NCBI GenBank assembly: GCA_004431415.1
Contig: QPMI01000461.1
Span: 20,364 to 84,363 of the forward strand
Reading direction: 5' to 3'
DNA: 64,000 bases
DNA from: Cyanophora paradoxa CCMP329
Taxonomy: Eukaryota > Plantae > Glaucophyta
The translations under genes and the position numbers were made by a program. Below the pieces are notes generated by a model. It was not told the DNA's origin. It was given only the letters and a program-made list of their open reading frames with translations, and did no database searches. Of the stretch, positions 53,483 through 64,000 are shown in pieces (positions within the stretch are counted from its first letter, which is position 1; each line of letters begins with the position of its first letter).

Positions 53483-56400
53483 TATACCGCGCCCGCCGCG
53501 GCCGCGCCTCCTGGGCCGCCCCGCACGGCGAGCCGCGCCCGCCGCCCGCTGTTCCTCCGCCCCGCCCCGCCGGCCCTGTCGCCGCCCGCCGAGCCTCCGC
53601 CCCGCCCCGCCGGCCCTGTCGCCGCCCGCCGAGCCTCCGCCCCGGCCCGCCGGCCCTGTCGCCGCCCGCCGAGCCTCCGCCCCGGCCCGCCGGCCCTGTC
53701 GCCGCCCGCCGAACCTCTGCCCCGCCCCGAGAGCCGCGTCCACTGCCCGCCGCCTGCTGCGCCTTCGCTCCGCCCCGCATGCTGCGCCCGCCGCCCGCCG
53801 CGCCTCCTGAGACTCTGAGACCGCCCGCCCGGCGAGCCGCGCCCGCCGCCCGCCGCGCCTCCGGCCCGCCCAGGGAGACGCGCCGCCGCGCGCCGCGCCT
53901 CCGCCCCGCCCCGCGAGCCGCCGCCGCCGCCGCCGCGCCTCCGGTCCGCCCGGGGAGACGCGCCGCCGCGCGCCGCACCTCCGCCCCGCCCCGCGAGCCG
54001 CCGCCGCCGCCCGCCGCGCCTCCGTCCCGCCCATCGAGCCGCGCGGCCGCCCGCCGCGCCTCCGCCCTGCCCGCGAGCCGCGCGGACGGGGGGCGGCGGG
54101 GCGGCGGGGGGCGCACGGCGGCGGCGGTGAGGGCGGCGAGGGTGCGGTCGGAGACGCCCATGCGGCTCACGTCGAGCCGCTCCAGGCTGCGCGCGCCCCG
54201 CCCCGTCGGCCCAGGCCCGGCCCCGAGCGGGCGGGGCGGGCGGGCGGGGCGGGCGGGCCTTGCGGCGTGCACGGCGATCGCGAGGCCGGCCTCGTCCGCC
54301 ACGCCCCTGCGCGGGGCTCGCCGGGCCGGCGCGGGGCGGAGCTGGGCTCGCGGGGCGGGGCGCACGGGTAGTCCAGGAGGAGGGCGGCGAGCCGTGGCAA
54401 GGCGCCCATGGTCGCCGCCACCGCCCCGTCCTCCAGCCACCCGCTGCCCCGCCCGCTCGCTGGAGATGTAGTAGAAGCACTCCCAAACTGCGACGATCCG
54501 AGGCGGCTCACCCATCCCGGCGGTCTGGGCCTCTTCAGCCACGCGCTCGCGCGTCGCTGGCCCAATTCTGTGCTTGGCAGGCGCACCCGAGGCGACCGCC
54601 GATCGGGAGGTTGCGTCGGTCCGCGCGCTCACGCAACGTCCTGCCAGTCCAGAGTCAGAGGCACTGTGTTAGCATCTCAAAGGGACGCTCTATGCACCGA
54701 AACATGCGAGAGAGCTCCGCCGGCGACCAGAACCGCATCCACGGCCGGCGTGCACCTCAACCCTCCAAATCGACCGCGGGCTGTCTAGTAGAGATACTGC
54801 GGATGTAAGTGAGCTGAAAGCCACGCAAAGAAGCCGGCCAGCGCGGCGAAGTCGCCCGGCGCGGGGTTGCGGGCCCGGTCGATCTAGCTGTAGATCGGCG
54901 CGGCGCAAGGACGACGCCACGGGGGGAGCTGGACCCGTAGTTACAAGCTCGCGTGCTCGTAGCTGCCGCGCGCTGCGTGCTGCGAGCACCCGCGAAGTTG
55001 ACGCAGCGGGCGGCGCTGCGAGCGAGGGCCGCAAGAGCCGCTGGCATTCGCTTCAGATGGCCTCGACAAGCTGTACTACGGCGCGGCTGCCGCGGCGGCC
55101 CTGCCGCTGTGGGCCTCGCAAGCCTTTTTTCCCCATCAGTCGTGTACCCCAAACTTGCTGCCTTGAAGTGCCTTCACGTGCCTTGCTGCCAGCAGCTGCA
55201 GCCTCGACGGAAGGCTGCCGCGCGGACGCGCTTCACTCTCACAGCGGGTCGGTTCGTTGGCTCCTCCGGGGTCTCGCAGCGCTGCCCGCGTCTCTGATGC
55301 GCTTTTTCAAACCAGGTCGAACGGACTTGCTGCCGCCGCAGCGAACATCGTCAGCTTCAAGCGCGAACGATGCTCGAAGGTAATTTCTTGCATCCTCTGC
55401 CCCTCTCGCCGCCTGTCGCCCGCCTGATTTCAAACGCAGAGCCTTGCTTCAGGGCGGCTGGCTCCCGGTTGCGGCCGCGAACGCTCGCGAACGCATCGCT
55501 GTCGACCTCCTTGTTGCCTTTGTTGTCCATTCCTCCCACGGCTGTCGCCAATGGGCGTTCTGCCGCTGACAGGCACGCGCGGCACGTAGGCGGTGGCTGC
55601 GGAGGCGAAGCAAGGTGCTTTTCGTTTCCTCTCCTTTGATTCAATCCCTCACTCCGCTGGCGGGCCAGGGAGCGGGCGTGACTGGTCCCCGCGAGCAAAA
55701 GACCACCGCCCAGTTCGCTTGGCGACTTCTTCCGCAGGCCAGGTGCTCGCTCTTGTCTCCGCTGCTTGCCCATTGATCTTGTTGTAACGCCGGCGACGTG
55801 CGCAGCGCAGCGCATGCAGCTCTCCGCCGGACGTGTGGCTGCTGGCGCTCTCGAAGTTCATGAGCTCGGGCGCAGGTGCGGTCGTTTGCCGGCGCGCACG
55901 CTTCTTTTCTTTCGATTGACTCTCCGAGCGCAGCGAGCGCGTCGCCCTCGCCCTCGCGGTCGCGGTCGCGGGAATCCTGGCCGCGGGGCGAGCTCGAGCC
56001 GGTCTGCTGCTCCCTCTCCTGGCCGAGGTGCTCAGCGGCCCGTTCGATCCCGCCTCGATTCGAGCGCTCGCTAACCGCGATGCGCACAGCGCAGCGGGCT
56101 CGGCGAGGTGCCGCACGACCTACAGCGCGCGCGGGCCGCATCGCTTCACGCCCTCCCCTCCCACGTGAATCCCTAGTCGCGTCCCCCGCGGTCCATTTCC
56201 TTGCTGGCCCGCACGCATACTTTTGCGTAGCCGCTGCTAGGCTATGCAGAGGAGCGGCAGGCAGCGAAACTCGATTTCAGTTTCCGTTTCAGTTTGTACA
56301 GCCTAGTTGAGTTCGCCATCGACCAGTTGGATGTATCAGTAGTCAGAATCGGCAGGCAGAGAATTTCAGTTTCAGTTTCAGTGTGTGCAGCCTAGACGAG

Positions 56401-56983
56401 CCCACCAGCGGCCAGTAAGATGTATTCACAGTCAGAATCGTAGATAGATAGATAGATAGATCACCCCCAAAGAATCAGATACCACGCTTTGATATATTTC
56501 TAGCCAGAACGCGTACGCCAGAGCCAGCCTGGCAAATCTTTGGTGGCGATCTGGCTCTAGATCTAGATCTCTAGTTCTGCTAGCTGGGCGAGAACTGGGC
56601 TAGCCATATGCATGGCTCTCTAGTAGCCGGGCTAAGAACTGGGCGGGGAATGACGCCCTCCGCCGGCGTACGTATACGCATATACCTATATATATACGTA
56701 TACTGGTACGCTGGTCCGGTGCGCGGCTCCGATCTTCACTTTTGGCTCCCGGGCGGTGCGTTCTGGTGCAGCTTGGACACGGTGCCGTGAACCGACGCGT
56801 ACCGACGGTACGGCCGCTGCACCGTCGGTGCGTTTGGTACGCGGCGGACTCGTTCGGTACACGTCAGTACGCTGCCGTACCGTGGGTGCACGGTACAGTG
56901 GGCGGTACGAATCTGGTACGACAACGTACCAATTTTGTACCTATTTTGCACCGAACGTACCTGGAGCCAAAAGTGACGATCTA

Positions 56984-57761
56984 CCGGCGCCCCGCCCCGC
57001 CCCGCTGGACGCCTCCACCCCCGACCCCACCGCCGAGGGTCGCTGGATCTACTGCACCTTTGCTGCCTCTGGGACGTGCGTGATTCGACCTGTGCCCCCC
57101 TTCCCGCCGACCCGTCCTCGCCTCCAGCGGGCGGCGCAGAAGCCTGTTGGCACTCTTCATGCCCTCCGCCGAGTTGCTAAACGTGCAGCCGCCTGAGGGC
57201 GCCGGCCCCACACCGGACTGCAGTCCGCCCCTTCCACCTTTCCTATCTCAGCGCGGCGTCTTCTGACCTAGCACGCAGCACTGGCGCAGCTGGACCTCGC
57301 GGGGACCGCCCCGCATGGATCCACCGCCCGCGTCGTCCCGGCGGTGCGCGCCTCGCCCACCCGCGCCGCTGAGCAAAGAACCTCCGGGTGCAGGAGTGCA
57401 TTTCTTCCTGCAGGGGTTTGACCCGGCGCGGCGCACACCGCCGGCACCACCGCTGCCGCGGCGCCCCGGGGCCCGCCGCCTCCCCGCCACTGCCGTTCGG
57501 GCTGCCGCCGGTGGACCTCCCGGAGGAGGAGACACGGCTGGCACAGCTCGTGGCGGTGACCTTTGAGGACCGCCTTGTGCTCGCCCGCCTGCGCCCGCTC
57601 CCGCTGGCCCCGTCCCCATGGCCCTCCAGATCGTCCACGCCGCGCCCCTTCCCCGGGGCTACACCCGCTTCGAAGCCTCCGCTCTCTCTGCCGATGCAGG
57701 TGCCCTTTTCGTCCTCGCCACCCGGTCGAGGAAAGGGCAGTCCCTACTCGTCTTCGACCTC
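56984..57761 (+). repeat. Direct duplication flanking the foldback element, right copy
   Basis: Matches 45928-46706. Confidence 0.93.
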
Positions 57762-60700
57762 TCCCGGGCCCCGCCAACCTCGCCTGGACTCTGCCGCGGG
57801 CCGCCTCGCCCATCCTGCCTGCACCCTCAACCTACGTGCCGCCATCCGGCCCCGCCTGCGCACCGCCAGCGACGGCTCCCCCGGGGCGCCTCCCGCACCC
57901 GTGGATGCCCACATCGCCACCTGCCTAGCTGCCTCACCCAAAAACCCAGTCTGGTGCAACTTCTCACCGGTACCCGAATCTGCTGGACTGACAGTCCCGC
58001 AGGTCGCGGTGGGCACGCGAGGGGGGCAACAACCTTCTCCGCATCCCGGAGCCATTCCTGCGCATGCGGGGGCCGCAGCCCTATCTGTAGGCTTGATTTC
58101 GAATTCGAAATTGCACCTCATGAAGCTCGTGTCTCGTATACGTAGCTAGTGACCCTGAGCGTAGACCAAGCCCAGCCCTGATGATGAAGCCCTCAAAGTC
58201 GAGTCGTAGTCATGAAGCTAGTGAACACTAATCCCCCGCTAAGCCGAGACCCTCAAGATCCGATTATCATGATCTTGACGTGACTCTGGCCGACTCGGCA
58301 AGGCCTTGTGATCATGATGAACTTCAGAAGCACTACGCCGAGCCCCTCAGGCCTAATAATTAAATGATCATGAAGCCTTGAGCTCATGTGGCGGGGCCTC
58401 CGACTCGGCGAGGCTCGCAGAGCCTCGGAGTCGACAGCTTCCTTTCAAGTTTCAAGTTTGGCTCCCTGATTATCACATATGGTGATCATGACTCAGTGAC
58501 TCGTGATCATGATCAGTGACCGTCGCACACTGACGACGTCATGCCATGATGGAGGCTCTGAGGTCGAGCCTTACCGTACCCTAGTACTGAGTCATGATCA
58601 GGGCCTTGCTGCCTCGTAACCCCTTGACTCAGTGATCATAATGATCATGTCATGCCGCAGTGCGTACTAGCTATATACCCATTTCGCCATTCGCGATCGG
58701 TGCAAGCTTCAATTGCAAGGAAGATTCAAGTCCTTGGCAAGCACAAATAAGGTACATCGTACACTCTTGGCCACTGTGAATCTTTCGTAATGTAGTAAAA
58801 CCCTGGCAGCAGCTCCGCCTGCACAGGCGCAAATTAAACGCGCACAATTAACTTTTGCCAGCATCTGCGCGTGCGTGCCGAGCTCACCGACGCGCCTGGT
58901 CTGTCAAAAAAACCCACACCTCTTCACAAAGTAGTATAATCTCAACTCAGGTTCACTGCATTCCTCGATGCCAAGCATCCGAATCGATTTTTGCAGAAGC
59001 TGCTCCTGCCAACCACCTGCCTTAGGTATTTTCACGGACACAGGTCCTGCGCAGCGATTCAACTCGGCTGGTGCGGGATGCCGGGTTATATTAACAGAAC
59101 TCATATCTAACCTTCGACTTTGGTTATGCCCTGCGGGAAGGCCGAGAGTCCCCGAGAACCTGCACTTCAAGCACCTGCATACTCTCGAACGACGTCTGGT
59201 GCCCGCTGGCAGAACGCGGGATGAAGGCCCGCTTAAAAACGTCGATATTAATATCAATAGGAACGAGGAAGCGATGGTACACAGGCGGTCCCGCGCGTGT
59301 CCCGACGGTTGAGATGAAAGGAAGTCCAGAATACTTGGCTAACTGGAAGGTACTGCAAAGAGGAACCCTTCGAATTCGGGAGATGTAAGCGCTTGCTCGA
59401 AATGTATGAGCGTAGAGCATGGAAAGCGAACCAGAGCTCTCTACCATCATATTTCGCTCGACATCGAAGCAAGGATCGTGGTGGCTTGCTCGAATGAGCT
59501 GGAGAGCATGTTGGAACTGCTCTTGAACACAGCTGCATCGATGTTCCAATGTGTGGCGGCTTGTGTCTACATTGTCACGCAACCCGCGCAGGAGATCGAT
59601 CGTCTGAATGAGCGCCAATCGGTATTGCTGGGACGTTATAATCTCTGCGATCCTTTTTTCATATTCAAGGAGTTCGATGTTGTAAGTGGCTCCGAACCAT
59701 GGAACGACTTCGACAGCTCCAAAGCAGTTAAATTGGTCGATGCCCCGAACGTCGTCTCCCAGGGATCTGTACCGTCAGCCATTGCGTGGACCTGATGGTG
59801 AACACATATCGAACAATTGCAAGTTCTCGACACGTCAACAGCTCACGTACCAACAAGAAAGATGGGATAAGAGCTTTCCAATGAGGATGCCGTGGACAAG
59901 AACACGCCCCCAGCGGCCACTGCCGCGTCAACGAAATCTTGAAAGGCAAAAAAGTCCTAGCGTTTCGGAAGCACGCTGACGCGAGAAAAGACAGTTACAA
60001 TGTATGCAGTCAAGAAGTAGTACATGCGAAACAATGCGAACTCGTGAGTGCCTCGTCGAACACAAGTGCATTCCATAGCAAGAGCACAGATCGGATAACC
60101 GGATGAGGAAGTCGAGGAGAGGAATTGAAGCCCCTCGACTGATCGACACGCACGGCCTCGCAGACGATGATCCGGATTGGAAGGTCAGCAAAAGGAATGG
60201 AACGACTCATTAACGTGTCATCCACACCCTTCACCGCTGCCGCCTGTGTTCGATGCGCTACAGGTCGGAGTCAGTGTTGACGTTGCTCCGAAGCACGGAC
60301 GAATATAGATTAAAAGAGTGTCACCTGACGGATGTTGTCGATCACCTCCTCGATGTGAACCAGACGATCCCTCTAATCTGATCAGTTGGCGGATGCTTTT
60401 CGTAGACAGCAGGCAAGGTCATATGCGCTTCTCTGAAAGTCCCAATCACGATTTTGCATTGCCAATCAAAACAGACAAAAGCAGCCTGCCGGATATGCAT
60501 TGGCTAGAGCAGTGGCGCTTGCTGGTTCGTTCTGAGATTGACACCGAACACTCCGCGAGATGCGCCCCATGAGCCTTCGAGCCAGTTGATGAATCCTCCA
60601 ACTTCTCCTGAACTACGTGCGATCTGGAAAGTGCATCATCAAGAAAAAAGCCATAATAAGCAGCAGACCAGAAGGCACACATGGTCGCCACCTCAAACAC

Positions 60701-62234
60701 CACGGGCTCAAGGTCTGACACGCTCCAGCGTTCGACCAGCGTAGTCACAGTTAGACCGGACATTACATTTATGTTTTCTTCGATCTGTTCCCGCAATTTG
60801 GAAATGTCACCTGGCAGTAAGTAGTGAGCGATAGCAAATGAGAGACATAACACGGATCTTACAAGACGATTCCCTTGATGAAAAGACACCACGGTTTCAT
60901 CCGGATCCTCAGATGCGTTCGGGCTACGATCACCGAAGCGATGTCGCGCGAGGAAAATCTGCAGCCGAATCGAAGCCGATTGGATCCATGAGGCGCTCCA
61001 GAAACTGGACGAGAGTGAGACAAAAAGCTCTCGCAATGTGCATACACATGACTTGCCTGATTGAGTGGCCGAGCTGCTGCACGGTTCGCGAAACGATGTG
61101 CGTTGCGCTGCCCCATCCTCCGGCAAAGTCGTAATCAAGACGCTGACGGTATGTCATCCAGGTAGATGAAAATCTCTCGCCCCACTCGGCCAATGCGCTC
61201 CGCAAGTGTGATGCTATTGCCCCCCACGTTTGTAGTGAAGTCTTATTGTGTGTATCCGACCATGTACACCCGTCGACGTCAAAGATTATTGTCTCGAAGG
61301 CATCGAACTCAGGACTGGGCAGCGCGCAGCAGGTCCTGATGATCAATTACGTCTGGACAGCTCGCTAGCGGCTGGGAGTCGACGAAAAACATGCACCTGA
61401 ACGCGCGTATAACATCTTCAAAGCTGGCCTGCGGAGGCAGGGCACGGCGGACAGCAAGGATGACGAGGAATGCCACCGTTGCGGGAGGCGAATCGGGCAG
61501 GTGCAGATCCAGACTCTCACGGCCACCTTCCAGAGGACCAGAATGACTTACGTAAGAAAGATGAGCATGCGCGCACTCACTGAAGCACAGCTGACAGCGA
61601 AGCGAGGGCAACGAGAGCCTTTGTATGGTCCGAAGTTTGTCGGAGTGCGCGTGCAGAAGCACCTGTTGAGGACGGTTGCTCGAAAGCACGACGGAGTTCC
61701 TTGCGACGAGAATGAGGATGAGGGCCAAGACCCGCCATAGCTAGCGCGCCTACGAGCTAGCAATGACGCGCTATGACATCGATACCAGTAGCATACCCTT
61801 CAGTCTGACATTCTGACCGCTGACTGCGTTCTGACCGCTGACTGCGGGCGCGCTGCACGTACTTCGAGTTACCCCCACCCGCCACTCAGCGGCCACTGAA
61901 ACTGGAAAGGCGCTAGAACCAGATCCCATGAAGCGCCCGCTTTCGCCGGGCGGTGAACATTCTGGCGGTGAACATCAGAGCAAGATTGAACGGCCCGGTG
62001 AACACCTGCGCTTTTGTGGTCAGCGCGTTTTCATCTTACTAGCACCCTCTGGCAGGGGCCGGAATGTCCAGCACAATGCCCGTTAGCGGAGCCGACAGCC
62101 ACCCGCTGGCAGGGGTCGGAATGTCAAGCTCAATGCCCGTGAGCGGCGCCGCCAGCGAGGGAAACGAGAGTCGTACCGGTTCGCGGACGGAATCCATGCA
62201 TGCATTGCTGTCTCGCAAGTAAAGCTGACTGCGC

Positions 62235-63909
62235 GTGCACGAAGACTCGTCTGCGCATGTGGAGCTCGAGGCCGGAGGCGGCGGCGAGGCTGCCTATCTT
62301 CCCGACGCTCTTATCGTGGAAGCTCTCAAGAACGCTGACTTCGTCGATTTGTGGACGGGTTACGGATTCATAAGGTTTCGCCAGCGTTCGGCAAGCTGCT
62401 CCGAAATCTTGCTATTGGCGAGCTCAATCTATCGTTCGCACTTGAATCTCGCGGGGGTCGTGATTGCGATCTGCATACCCTCTATGGCGGCGAGGAAGTC
62501 CGCTGGCTGGCACAACGCGTCACGGAAACGATGCGCGAGCAAGCAATAGCGTCATGGAGTCGGCTTTTGAGGTTTTGCATTCGATGTGCCGCGGCGTGGG
62601 GTTTTCGCACAAGTGTGTTTCGCTTGGAGGGCAGTTTCTACAAGCAAGTCGATCAGGTCTTCGTTACGCTGGTGAAATCTTGCGTTTTCGTTTTTCGTGA
62701 TTGTGACATTTTTCAATTACGCACATTTTTTGCGACACGGCAGGTTCCCCGCCTGCTCTCCCAACTCGACGGGCTTCGCACGCTCAGGATTGCTCACCAG
62801 GCACCAGACAGCGAATTTATCCGTGCATCTCGCACTGCTCGTCGTTATGCATACATTTTGAAGGTCCTACAAGAATGCCCCAAGACTGTCGAGCACTTGA
62901 GTTTGCTTCTGTCAGTCTCCGACGGTCGCAACGATAAGTCCCTATCCGCATCTTGGCTAGGTACCCTCAGCAAGCGCATATTCGCATTAATATTCCAGTG
63001 GTTTTCATTGACTGTACATAGATCCGGTACTTTCTTCCGCTTGCGAAGGTCCAGGTTCGTCGGGTTAGATGCATCCACGTCTTATTTATCGTGTAGCCAC
63101 GTGCAAATGTGCTCACACATTCGATGCAGAACGAGAAGTATTCAATGGGATTGTCGCGGCCCTTTCTGCCCTTCCAGCCCTCATGCATGTGGACTTCGGC
63201 GAAGGCATGCTCGTAAACAGGCGCATGCTTGAAGAGCTCGCGCCAGCACTTCCAAAGTTGGAATCTCTGGGACTAGACGTCGACGGTCCGATCCCGACTC
63301 TCTTTCTCTCTCTGTCTCTGTCTCTCTCTCTCTCTTCTCACGAGCAGTCGAACATCTTCCGCAGCTGGTCCGCGCTCGAATCAAGATGTCATCACGGAAT
63401 GTGCAGTCGCAATTGCTGAGCGCTTTCCAAAGCTGAAGCATCTTCGATTGTTTGTCAACGCTTCACCTGGTCATCATGCTCAGCTGCCGGCTGCGTTTGC
63501 ACGTATTGGAAAAATGAAAGAGCTGAGAAGCGTGCATATAGGTTTGCTCTGTCATCGAAGTATGCACGTATACGTATGCTTCGTCCTCTGAAGACTTCAT
63601 ATGCAGATCACACCGCATTTCGTGCCCTGGCGCTGTGCACTAGGTTGCCAGATTTCGATCTCAAGAAGCTTCGCAAGTTTTCGGTTGACCTCACCGGGGC
63701 TACCGCGCCCTTGTCGGATTGCCTGCCCATGGGAGCCATCACTAAGACGGAGGTGTCTTATATTGTTTATTTATCAATTCCGATTGCAAAGTTTACATCT
63801 CGCTCACATCCGAGTAGGTTCTCCGGAGCTTGATCGAATTGAGTTATTCAATGCTCCAAATCATTATTCGCTGGTGGACCTTGTTGATGACCTGTCTGGC
63901 AGGCAATGA
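62235..63909 (+). CDS. Multi-exon F-box/LRR-like gene; boundaries approximate
   Basis: YLPDALIVEALK..LRIHKVSPAF (F-box-like); LDGLRTLRIA, LPALMHVDF, LPKLESLGLDV, LKKLRKFSVDL (LRR-like). Confidence 0.6.
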
Positions 63910-64000
63910 GCTCGGCGAGTCGTCGTCCAGTCAATCGCAAAGCACGAAGCAGAAGCAAAAGCAAAAGCAGAAGCAGCCTGAGTCTTATCCGAGGCAACTG

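Larger units (their letters stand above)
46707..56983. mobile_element. 10.3-kb foldback-type element with ~2.5-kb inverted arms; no recognisable transposase
   Basis: Starts TAGATCGTCACTTTTGGCTCC and ends GGAGCCAAAAGTGACGATCTA; arms 46707-49198 and 54481-56983 are reverse complements. Confidence 0.85.

Noticed and set aside
44076-57928. Many long Arg/Ala/Pro/Gly-rich ORFs
   Set aside because: Expected from stop-codon scarcity in very GC-rich repeats; no transposase or other catalytic motifs found
58900-61760. Possible gene or transposase in mid-GC DNA
   Set aside because: Fragmentary ORFs on both strands with no motif I can recognise; left uncalled
61950-62160. GGTGAACA x3 (resembling phage P4 iterons) and a ~57-bp direct repeat
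   Set aside because: Eukaryotic context with no linked replication gene; probably ordinary local repeats

Overview
Eukaryotic (protist-like) genomic DNA with short spliceosomal introns, GC-rich to mid-GC. It carries two large insertions. (1) A complete AT-rich endogenous Polinton-like/virophage-like dsDNA virus at 8587-36275 (27,689 bp). It has a 6-bp target-site duplication (CCTCTT), ~1.1-kb TIRs ending in perfect 28-bp-stem hairpins, and interrupts a minus-strand exon. It encodes a double jelly-roll major capsid protein, two divergent pentons, an A32 ATPase, an AEP/PriCT-2/SF3 primase-helicase, a group-2-type protein-primed PolB whose proofreading motifs appear lost, an rve integrase, a patatin-discoidin fusion, a fibre cassette, a Dam-like methyltransferase and an S-adenosylmethionine decarboxylase whose 3' end lies in the TIR. 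No maturation protease was recognised. Giant-virus-type early (AAAAATTGA) and late (TCTA) promoter motifs and five copies of a G-tract origin-like module are visible. (2) A 10.3-kb foldback-type element at 46707-56983 with no recognisable transposase. It has ~2.5-kb inverted arms, a central ~700-bp tandem array, hairpin-like termini whose loop is in flip/flop orientation, and a 779-bp direct duplication of flanking DNA. The flanks hold an intron-containing SET-domain gene, F-box/LRR-like genes and local duplications. Protein family calls come from motif recognition by eye, not database searches.
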